Assembly (NCBI GenBank): GCA_963826115.1
Contig: CAWGVS010000005.1
Span: 1,408,001 to 1,472,000, forward strand
Direction: 5' to 3'
From: an uncultured Candidatus Rokubacteria bacterium
Lineage (GTDB): Bacteria; Methylomirabilota; Methylomirabilia; Rokubacteriales; DASRDR01
Length of the DNA: 64,000 bases
This document shows, one piece after another, positions 56,813 through 64,000 of the stretch (the stretch's first letter is position 1; each line of letters starts with the position of its first letter). The notes under the pieces are model-generated. The model was not told the origin of the DNA, searched no databases, and saw only the letters and a program-made list of their open reading frames with translations. The translations under genes were made by a program, and so were the position numbers.

Positions 56813-58099
56813 CTACAGCACGCTGCGGGGCTTCCCGACCGCGCCCTCGGCGAAACGCGAGAAACGGAACGCGCGGAGGTCGAGCGAGGGCTTCCCGTCG
56901 AGAACGAGCTCCGCGACGAGGCGGCCGACGATGGGCCCCATCGCGAACCCGTGCCCCGTGAAGCCGGTCGCCACGACGAGGCCCGGCGGCCCCGCCTCGC
57001 CGATCACGGGAATCGCGTCCGGCGTGGCGTCGATGTAACCCGCCCAGCTCCGCGTCACCGCAAGGCCGCCGAGCGACGGGTAGAGCCGTCGCATCGCCTC
57101 GAGGCTCCGGCTCACCTTCGCCGGATTCGCCGCCGGCTCGAGGCCTCGGTCCCACGTGAGGGGATGCCGGCGCGCCGCGGAGCCCGGCACGAGCCCGGCG
57201 AGGCTCCGGAGGAGCGGGCGCCCGGCGTGGAAGCGGAAGAGCTTCCGGTTCTTCCAGTAGTTCGGGAAGAAGAGCCGCGCGTGCCGGAGGGAGTCGACCG
57301 TGACGTCGTGATCGGCGGCGCCCGCCGCGGCGATGTTGAGCGTCCCGTCCCGCCGCTGGCGGAACGACACCTCGGGCCCCCACACCCCCGCCCGCGTCAG
57401 CGGCGGCGCCGGCGCGGTGCGCGCCACGGTCGCCCGGACCCAGCGCTGAGGAAGGCGGAGACCGAGCGGCCGGAGGAGTCGGTACGACCAGGCGCCCGCC
57501 GCGCAGACGACCGTCTCGGCCCGCACGTCTCCCTGCTCGGTTCGCACGCCGCCGACCCGGCCGCCCGCCGTCTCCACACCGAGGACGGCGCAGCCCCGCA
57601 CAATCTCGGCTCCGTGCTCGACCGCGGCGCTCGCGAAGGCCTGCGTCGCCTTCGCCGGCTCCGCGTGGCCGTCGCTCGCCGTGTAGAGGCCGCCGAGCCA
57701 CTCCGGGGCCATGCCCGGCAGGAGATCCCGGATCTCCCGCGGCGTCACGAGGCGCGTGTCGAGACCCGACTGCCGCGCGATCGCGAGCCACTCCTCGAAG
57801 AAGGCGAGACGCTCGGGCGTCGCGGCGAGGGCGAGGTTCCCGCCCTGGATCCACTCGACGTCGGCCTGGAGCTCCCCTTCGAGGCCGCGCCAGATGCGGT
57901 TCGCCTCGATCATCAGCGGGACCTCGGCCGCGTCACGCCCCTGCTGACGGACGAATCCCCAGTTCCGCCCCGACTGCTGGTCCGCGACCTCCCCGCGCTC
58001 GAGGAGAACCACGCGCGCGCCCCGCCGCGCCAGCCAGTAGGCCGTGGCGCAGCCCACGATCCCGCCGCCGACCACGACCACGTCCGACCGACCCGCCAT
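56813..58099 (-). CDS. FAD-dependent oxidoreductase (DAO/amino-acid deaminase-like)
   Basis: VVVGGGIVG, QSGRNWGFVRQQGRD, AAGAWS, WAGYIDATPDAIPVIG, GFTGHGFAMGP. Confidence 0.92.
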   Translation of the reverse strand: MAGRSDVVVVGGGIVGCATAYWLARRGARVVLLERGEVADQQSGRNWGFVRQQGRDAAEVPLMIEANRIWRGLEGELQADVEWIQGGNLALAATPERLAFFEEWLAIARQSGLDTRLVTPREIRDLLPGMAPEWLGGLYTASDGHAEPAKATQAFASAAVEHGAEIVRGCAVLGVETAGGRVGGVRTEQGDVRAETVVCAAGAWSYRLLRPLGLRLPQRWVRATVARTAPAPPLTRAGVWGPEVSFRQRRDGTLNIAAAGAADHDVTVDSLRHARLFFPNYWKNRKLFRFHAGRPLLRSLAGLVPGSAARRHPLTWDRGLEPAANPAKVSRSLEAMRRLYPSLGGLAVTRSWAGYIDATPDAIPVIGEAGPPGLVVATGFTGHGFAMGPIVGRLVAELVLDGKPSLDLRAFRFSRFAEGAVGKPRSVL

Positions 58100-58123
58100 G
58101 CCCGTCTCGTCCGTCGGGCGCGA

Positions 58124-60106
58124 TCAGGTCTCGCCGAGGGCGCGCGTCAGGCGCGCCCGGATGTCGGCCCAGACGGCGTCGACGTCCGCGGGCGCGGGCC
58201 GCCGGGTCGCCGCGATCTCCTGGATGCGCTCGTAGATCTGGTGCTTGCCCCAGTCGCGGACGGCGGCCGGCACGCTCTCGAGGACCCGCAGCGCGGCGTC
58301 CTGGACCGCGGGGGGCCACCGGAGCTCCATCTCGGCGCGGCGCGCACCGAGGTCGAACCCCGCGGGCGGCGCCGGCATGGCGGCGCGGAGCCGCGCCGTG
58401 GCCGCCTGGTCCACCGCGCCGTCGACGAGAGCGACGCCGTACGCCTCGCGGGCCCGGTCGACGCTGAGGAAGCCGGCCCGCGCGTCCTCGCGCACGCGCT
58501 CCGGGTCCCGGCGGCGCGGGTCGCCGTGACCGCCGCCGCTCGGCGAGAAGATGCTGACGACGTCGCCGGGCTCGAGGTGGAGCACGTCGACCTTCCCGAT
58601 GTCGCGCGCCCGGGGCGTCCCGCGGTTCACGACGCAGCTCCCCGTGGTACCCGCGCGGCCGCCCGCCACGCCCCAGGGCTCGAGCTTGAAGCGCTCCATC
58701 CCGCGCGCCGTGACGATGGCGTGCGGGTGGAAGACCTGAAAGTCGAGACGCACGGCGAGGCCGCCCCGGTGCTCGCCGGGGCCGCCGGTGTCGGGCATCA
58801 GGTGGTAGCGCCGCATGACGATCGGCACCTCGGCCTCGATGCTCTCGACCGGCGTGTTGCGGAGGAAACCCGAGGTCGAATCGGCGCCGCCGAGGCCATC
58901 CGTCTCCGGGCGCCCGCCGCCGCCGCCGAGCATCGGCTCGACCACCTGGACGTGACGCTGGCCCGTCAGGAGGTCCTGGACCGACGCCACGACCGGCGAG
59001 ATCGCGCCGGCCGGCGCCGCCGGCACCCGGCCGGGAAGCGCCTGGGCGAGGGCGCCGAGCACCGCGTCGAACACGCGGAGGACGGTGCCGTAACGGACGC
59101 CGATCGGCGCGGGGAACTGGGCGTTCAGGACGGTACCGGGCGGCGTCGTCACCCGAACCGGTCGGAGGATGCTCGACGCCTTGGGGATCCCCGGGTCCTC
59201 GGTGACGAGGTAGGCGTTGATCGCCTGGCAGAGGAACGGGTGCGTGACGCCGTGGCTCGCGACGTTCAGCGCGGAGCCCACCTGGGGATCCGTGCCGGTG
59301 AAGTCGAGGTGGAGCGCGTCGCCCGCGACGGTCAGGGCGACCTGGATGCGGATCGGCACCTCGGAGCGGAGGTCGTCCTCCATGTACTCGGTGAACCGGT
59401 AGGTCCCGTCGGGGATCTTCCGGATCGCCGCGCGCGCCCGCGCCTCGGCGTAGTCGAGGACCGCGTCGATGCCCTCGACGAAGGTGGCGTGGCCGAACTT
59501 CCGCGCCATCTCCTGGACGCGCCGGTCGCAGGAGCCGACCGCCGCGACCATCGCCTTGATGTCGCCCCAGTTCACCTCGGGGATCCGGCAGTTGTCGCCG
59601 ATCAGGTTCTTCACGTCCTCCTGGAGGACGCCCGCCCGGTAGAGCTTCGTCGGTCGGAGCCGGAGCCCTTCCTGGAAGATCTCGGTCGCCCGCGGCCACA
59701 CGCTCGCCGGCACCGCGCCGCCCATGTCCGAGGAGTGGACGAAGGCGTAGCCCCAGCACACGAGTCGCCCGCCGTGGAAGATCGGCCGGAGGATGTGCAC
59801 GTCGGGGAGATGGGTACAGAGGGGGCCCGAGAGGTACGCGTCGTTGCAGATGACGACGTCGCCCTCGTCGTAGCGGTCGAAGTACCTCAAGGTGTGGCCC
59901 ATGTTGAGGCCCAGGTAGGACGACGCGCCGAGGGCCCACGGATAGGCGACGTACTCCCCGCCCGTGGAGACGAGCCCCGTCGAGAAGTCCGCGGTCTCCT
60001 TCACGAACGTCGTGTAGGCCGTCCGCTCCATGATCCGGGCCATGTCCTCGACGATGGCCTGGTAGTGGTTCCGCAGGATCTCGAGCGTCACGCGGTCGAT
60101 GGCCAC
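58124..60106 (-). CDS. Hydantoinase B/oxoprolinase family protein
   Basis: RTAYTTFVKETADFS, HLPD, HSSDMGG, EIFQEG, DFTGT, NTPVE, GGPGEHRGG, GGGHGDP. Confidence 0.93.
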   Translation of the reverse strand: MAIDRVTLEILRNHYQAIVEDMARIMERTAYTTFVKETADFSTGLVSTGGEYVAYPWALGASSYLGLNMGHTLRYFDRYDEGDVVICNDAYLSGPLCTHLPDVHILRPIFHGGRLVCWGYAFVHSSDMGGAVPASVWPRATEIFQEGLRLRPTKLYRAGVLQEDVKNLIGDNCRIPEVNWGDIKAMVAAVGSCDRRVQEMARKFGHATFVEGIDAVLDYAEARARAAIRKIPDGTYRFTEYMEDDLRSEVPIRIQVALTVAGDALHLDFTGTDPQVGSALNVASHGVTHPFLCQAINAYLVTEDPGIPKASSILRPVRVTTPPGTVLNAQFPAPIGVRYGTVLRVFDAVLGALAQALPGRVPAAPAGAISPVVASVQDLLTGQRHVQVVEPMLGGGGGRPETDGLGGADSTSGFLRNTPVESIEAEVPIVMRRYHLMPDTGGPGEHRGGLAVRLDFQVFHPHAIVTARGMERFKLEPWGVAGGRAGTTGSCVVNRGTPRARDIGKVDVLHLEPGDVVSIFSPSGGGHGDPRRRDPERVREDARAGFLSVDRAREAYGVALVDGAVDQAATARLRAAMPAPPAGFDLGARRAEMELRWPPAVQDAALRVLESVPAAVRDWGKHQIYERIQEIAATRRPAPADVDAVWADIRARLTRALGET

Positions 60107-60108
60107 GG

Positions 60109-62160
60109 CTACCGCGCCTCGATGACGAGGTTGCCGAACGGGTCGACCGTCGCCCGGAAGCCGGCGGGAACCAGCGTGGTCGTGTCGGCCTGCTCGACGA
60201 CGGCCGGGCCGTCGAGATGCTGGCCCGCGAGGAGATCGCCCCGGCGATACACGGCGGCGTCGTGGCGCTGCCGCCGGTAGTGGATCGGCCGCCGACCTGC
60301 CGGCGTCGCGGGGCCGCGCCCGGCCGGCACCGCCTGGAGCGCCGGTTTCGGCGTGGTGCCGGTGATCGTCGCTCGAAGGTCGATCAGCTCGACGTCGGCG
60401 GCGCGGTCGGCGTGAGCGTAGAGGTGCTGGTGCCGGTCGTGAAACGCCGCGCGGAGCCGGTCGGTGCCGGTGTCCTCGAGCCACGCGGGGTCGATCGGCA
60501 CCTCGATCTGGAAGGCCTGCCCCGCGTAGCGGAGGTCGGCGCCGTAGGCCAGCCGGCTCGCCGAGACGGCAGGCGCCTCCTCCTCGATCCAGCGCCGGGC
60601 TCGCGCGGCGAGCTCCCGGCACTCGTCGGCGAGCAGCCGCCCCGGGGTGGCCGAGAGGCGCCGGTGAAGCGTCTTCACGTAGTCGCTCTTGACGTCCGCC
60701 GTCATCGCGCCCTGAGCGCAGAGCGTGCCCGGCGAGGGCGGCACGACGACGCGCCCGATGTGGAACTCCTCGGCGAGGAAGCACGCCTCCACCGGCCCGG
60801 CGCCGCCGAAGGCGACCAGGGCGAAGTCACGCGGATCGAGCCCGTGACGCGCAAGGACGTTGGAGAACGCCACGTACATGTTCGAAGTCGCCACCTCGAC
60901 CACCGCCTCCGCGGCGGCGTCGACATCGAGGCCCAGGTGCTCGGCGATCGGGCGGAGCGCCGCCGCCGCGCGCTCGGGGTGGAGCCGGAGCCGCCCGCCG
61001 ACGAAGTTGTCCGGGTTGAGAAACCCACAGAGGAGGAAGGCGTCGGACAGGGCCGGCTCGGTCCCGCCCCGGCCGTAGCAGGCGGGACCGGGGTCCGCGC
61101 CCGCGCTGCGAGGGCCCACCTTCAGGACTCCGACCGGGTCGAGCCAGGCGATGGACCCGCCCCCCGCGCCGATCGACGAGACACCGACGACCGGCATGAC
61201 GATCGGGAAGTCGCCGACCGTCTCGTCGGTCGAGTAGACGGGCTGGCCGTCGCGAACCAGCGCGATGTCCGCGCTCGTCCCGCCCATGTCGAACGTGATG
61301 AGGTTCCGGTAGCCCGCCGCGACGCACACCGCCGTCGCCCCGATGACGCCGGACGCGGGCCCCGACAGCATCGTCTCTGCGGTGGCCCGGCGGGCGTCGC
61401 GCGCCGTCGTCACGCCCCCGTTCGACTTCGTGACGTAGAGCGGTACGCGCACCCCGACGCGGCCCAGCCCGCGCTCGAGGTCCTCGAGGTAGCGCTCCAC
61501 GCGCGGGCGGACGTAGGCGCTCAGGACCGCCACCATGGTCCGCTCGTACTCCCGGATCTGCGGCCACACCTCGTGCGAGCAGGTCACGGCGAGCCCCGGG
61601 AAGCGCTCGGTCAGGACCTTCCTCGCCTCCGCTTCGTGGGCCGGCGTCCGGTAGGCATTGATGAACGCGACGACGAGGGCCTCGGCCCCCTCCCGCTCGA
61701 CCAGGCGGATCGCCTCGCGGAGGAGCTCCTCGCGGTCGAGGGCGGTGTCCACGGTGCCGTCGGCCAGGATGCGCTCCGCGACCTCGCCGACGCGGTACCG
61801 CGGAATCAGCGGCGCCGGGCGCGTCGCCGTGAAGTTCACGGGGCTCGCGAGCCGGAGCCGCTGGATCTCGAGCACGTCCCCGAATCCCGCCGTGACCAGG
61901 AGGCCGAGCGTCGCGCCGTTCCGCTGGATCACGGTGTTCACCGCGATCGTCGTGCCGTGGACCAGGTAGTCGATGGCGCCCAGGTCGAGCCCACGCTCGC
62001 GCGCGAGGGCCGCGAGCCCGTCGAGGACGCCACGGCCCGGGTCGCCCGGCACGGTCGGCGACTTGAAGCCCGACAGCTCGCCCGTCGTCTCGTCGAGGAG
62101 ACTGAAGTCGGTGAACGTGCCGCCGATGTCGATGCCGAGCCGGTAGCGCCCCACAGTCAC
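60109..62160 (-). CDS. Hydantoinase A/oxoprolinase family protein
   Basis: GIDIGGTFTD, HGTT, REYERT, SGPASG, DMGGTS, GAGGGS, SAGADPGPACY, FGGAG. Confidence 0.94.
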   Translation of the reverse strand: MTVGRYRLGIDIGGTFTDFSLLDETTGELSGFKSPTVPGDPGRGVLDGLAALARERGLDLGAIDYLVHGTTIAVNTVIQRNGATLGLLVTAGFGDVLEIQRLRLASPVNFTATRPAPLIPRYRVGEVAERILADGTVDTALDREELLREAIRLVEREGAEALVVAFINAYRTPAHEAEARKVLTERFPGLAVTCSHEVWPQIREYERTMVAVLSAYVRPRVERYLEDLERGLGRVGVRVPLYVTKSNGGVTTARDARRATAETMLSGPASGVIGATAVCVAAGYRNLITFDMGGTSADIALVRDGQPVYSTDETVGDFPIVMPVVGVSSIGAGGGSIAWLDPVGVLKVGPRSAGADPGPACYGRGGTEPALSDAFLLCGFLNPDNFVGGRLRLHPERAAAALRPIAEHLGLDVDAAAEAVVEVATSNMYVAFSNVLARHGLDPRDFALVAFGGAGPVEACFLAEEFHIGRVVVPPSPGTLCAQGAMTADVKSDYVKTLHRRLSATPGRLLADECRELAARARRWIEEEAPAVSASRLAYGADLRYAGQAFQIEVPIDPAWLEDTGTDRLRAAFHDRHQHLYAHADRAADVELIDLRATITGTTPKPALQAVPAGRGPATPAGRRPIHYRRQRHDAAVYRRGDLLAGQHLDGPAVVEQADTTTLVPAGFRATVDPFGNLVIEAR

Positions 62161-62231
62161 CTGCCTGGGTGTGCCGATGAGCCGGTCCGTGTTCGAGCGC
62201 GGGCGTGTACTATGCTCGCGGGATGGCGCTC

Positions 62232-62260
62232 ACGCTAGCGAGGCGGCCGGAGACTGTCAA
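62232..62260 (-). promoter_or_regulatory. Putative sigma70 promoter of the hydantoinase operon
   Basis: TTGACA-N17-TAGCGT on the minus strand. Confidence 0.6.
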
Positions 62261-62288
62261 GCGCCCGGCGCCCGACCGCGAGTAACAT

Positions 62289-63176
62289 GTGACGCCGGCC
62301 CTGGCCCCGCGGCCGCGCCGGAGCGTCCTCTACCGCATCGGCGTCGACCCCGGCGCGTACGAGGCGGCGCCGACGCTCCACCCGGACGTGCTCCTCTTCG
62401 AGATCGAGGATTCCGTGCCGCCCGGCGACAAGGCGGAGGCGCGCCGCCGCGTGGCTGCGGTCCTGGCCGCCGGCGGCTTCCGCCGTCAGGAGCGGCTCGT
62501 CACGGCGAACGGGCTCGACACGCCGTGGGGCCGCGACGACCTCGTCGCGCTCGCCCGCGTGCCGGTCGACGGGATCGTGCTGGCAAAGACCGAGACGCCC
62601 GAGTCCTTGCGCGAGGCGGACTCGCTGCTCGCGGCCCATGGCGCGCCGCCGACTCTCCGCCTCTGGGCGATGATCGAGACGCCGCGAGGCCTCACGCGCG
62701 CGAACGAGATCGCCGCCGCGACACCGCGGCTCGTCGGGATGACCGTCGGCCTCGGCGACCTTTCGCGCGGGCTCAACGCCTTCCGCCGGCCGGCGCCGCA
62801 TCGGTGGCCGATGGTGCCCGCGCTGGCGGCGATCGTGCTCGCCGCGCGCGCCCACGGCCTGGCGGTCCTCGACAGCTCGTTCCGCGAGCCGAAGGACGCC
62901 GCGGGATTCCGCGAGGCGTGCCTCGCGAGCCGCGAGCTCGGCTTCGACGGCAAGGTCTTCGAGGATCCGGCGCTCATCCCCGTCGCGAACGAGGCCTACG
63001 GGCCGGCGGCCGAGGAGGTCGCGTGGGCGCGCCGGGTCATCGCGGCGCGGGCCGGCGCGACGGCGAGCGGCGAGTACTGGGTCGACGGGCAGCACATCGA
63101 CCCCCAGTACGAGGCGCTCGCCGAGCGCATCCTCGCCTACGCCGCGGCCGTCGCCGCCATCGATTCCGCTCGCTAA
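62289..63176 (+). CDS. CitE/malyl-CoA lyase-like (HpcH/HpaI aldolase/citrate lyase family)
   Basis: RPRRSVLY, EIEDSV, NGLDTPWG, AMIETP, GLGDL, LGFDGK, DGQHID. Confidence 0.85.
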   Translation: MTPALAPRPRRSVLYRIGVDPGAYEAAPTLHPDVLLFEIEDSVPPGDKAEARRRVAAVLAAGGFRRQERLVTANGLDTPWGRDDLVALARVPVDGIVLAKTETPESLREADSLLAAHGAPPTLRLWAMIETPRGLTRANEIAAATPRLVGMTVGLGDLSRGLNAFRRPAPHRWPMVPALAAIVLAARAHGLAVLDSSFREPKDAAGFREACLASRELGFDGKVFEDPALIPVANEAYGPAAEEVAWARRVIAARAGATASGEYWVDGQHIDPQYEALAERILAYAAAVAAIDSAR

Positions 63177-63190
63177 TGTCGGGCTCGCGG

Positions 63191-63219
63191 TTGACCGGCC
63201 TCGGCCCGCGTGCTAGCGT
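63191..63219 (+). promoter_or_regulatory. Putative sigma70 promoter
   Basis: TTGACC-N17-TAGCGT with extended TG. Confidence 0.55.
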
Positions 63220-63287
63220 CGCCGCCGTTCTCGCCCGCACCGCGCGCGGCCCGTCCAGGAACGCAGGGCGAATCGAAGGACCGGTGG

Positions 63288-64000
63288 ATGCGAATCACTG
63301 ACGTCGAGGCGATCGTCCTGCGGCGCCACGAGCCGGCGCGCGACATCTCCGACGGGACGCAGGACGCCCTCGTCGTCCGCATCACGACCGACGACGGCCT
63401 GGTCGGGATCGGCGAGGTGGACTCCTCCCCCGAGGTCGTCAAGGCGGCCATCGAGGCGCCCAAGTCCCATCTCACTTCCTGCGGGCTCCGTCAGCTGCTC
63501 CTCGGCGAGGACCCGCGCGACGTCGCCCGGCTGTGGGAGAAGTGCTACCGGGGGTCCCTCTACTTTGGCCGCCGGGGCGTCGGCATCCACGCCCTCAGCG
63601 GGATCGACATCGCGCTCTGGGACCTCGCGGGCAAGGCCGCCGGCCAGCCGGTGTGGCGGCTCCTCGGCGGCGCGTACCGGGACCGCGTCCGCGCGTACGC
63701 GTCGACCCTGATGCCGAACACACCGGTCGAAGCGGGCCGCGAGGCCCAGAAATGGGCCGCGCAGGGCTTCACGGCCGTCAAGCTCGGATGGGGCGGGTTC
63801 GGCCGGTCCCTCACCAACGACGTCGCGCTCGTCGAGGCGGCGCGCGCCGCGGTGGGCGACCGCGTCGAGCTGATGTTCGACATCGGCCTCGTGTGGGACG
63901 GGTCGACGGCAATCCACCAGGTCCGGCGCATGGAGCGCTTCCGGCCCTACTGGATCGAGGAGCCGCTCCCGCCCGACGACCTCGCCGCGTATCGGCGCCT
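63288..64000 (+). CDS. Mandelate racemase/muconate lactonizing enzyme family (3'-truncated; absent from the ORF track)
   Basis: Hand translation: MRITDVEAIVL..VRITTDDGLVGIGE..ALSGIDIALWDLAGKAAGQPVWRLLGG..RAYAS..GFTAVKLGW..LMFD..WIEEPL; AAGGA upstream. Confidence 0.92.
   Translation, partial: MRITDVEAIVLRRHEPARDISDGTQDALVVRITTDDGLVGIGEVDSSPEVVKAAIEAPKSHLTSCGLRQLLLGEDPRDVARLWEKCYRGSLYFGRRGVGIHALSGIDIALWDLAGKAAGQPVWRLLGGAYRDRVRAYASTLMPNTPVEAGREAQKWAAQGFTAVKLGWGGFGRSLTNDVALVEAARAAVGDRVELMFDIGLVWDGSTAIHQVRRMERFRPYWIEEPLPPDDLAAYRR

Noticed and set aside
1-64000. tRNA, rRNA, riboswitches, IS elements, prophage or defence genes
   Set aside because: None recognised by eye; intergenic gaps are short. 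An Infernal/Rfam and tRNAscan run would be needed to exclude small RNAs

Overview
A very GC-rich (roughly 70%+ by eye), densely coding bacterial window of about 58 genes, mostly metabolic and transport. The gene repertoire resembles Ca. Rokubacteria/Methylomirabilota, which is an inference only. I saw no rRNA, tRNA, CRISPR array, transposase or integrase. Recognisable genes: miaB, leuCD with a divergent LysR, prpB-prpD, tctCBA, a short glgP, ilvE, ggt, sugar and peptide ABC modules without ATPases, hydantoinase/oxoprolinase A/B and a UPF0182 membrane protein. Main highlights: (1) a selenoprotein that the ORF track splits in two (8833-9741, minus; GrdB/PrdB-like, in-frame UGA giving U-P-V-C, with a SECIS-like hairpin), translationally coupled to a family III CoA-transferase and with no grd/prd partners nearby; (2) an apparently leaderless uORF with a signal peptide and a C-terminal RSPP (RAPP-like arrest motif) upstream of UPF0182, a candidate secretion-monitoring attenuator; (3) a GlrK/QseE-QseG-like kinase plus lipoprotein pair with a duplicated coiled-coil repeat, a sigma54-like promoter and no adjacent response regulator; (4) a cysteine dioxygenase with the eukaryote-type Cys/Tyr pair; (5) a frameshifted peptide-binding protein gene preceded by a remnant of a paralogue. 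Start codons were refined by hand, and all family calls come from recognised motifs, not from database searches.
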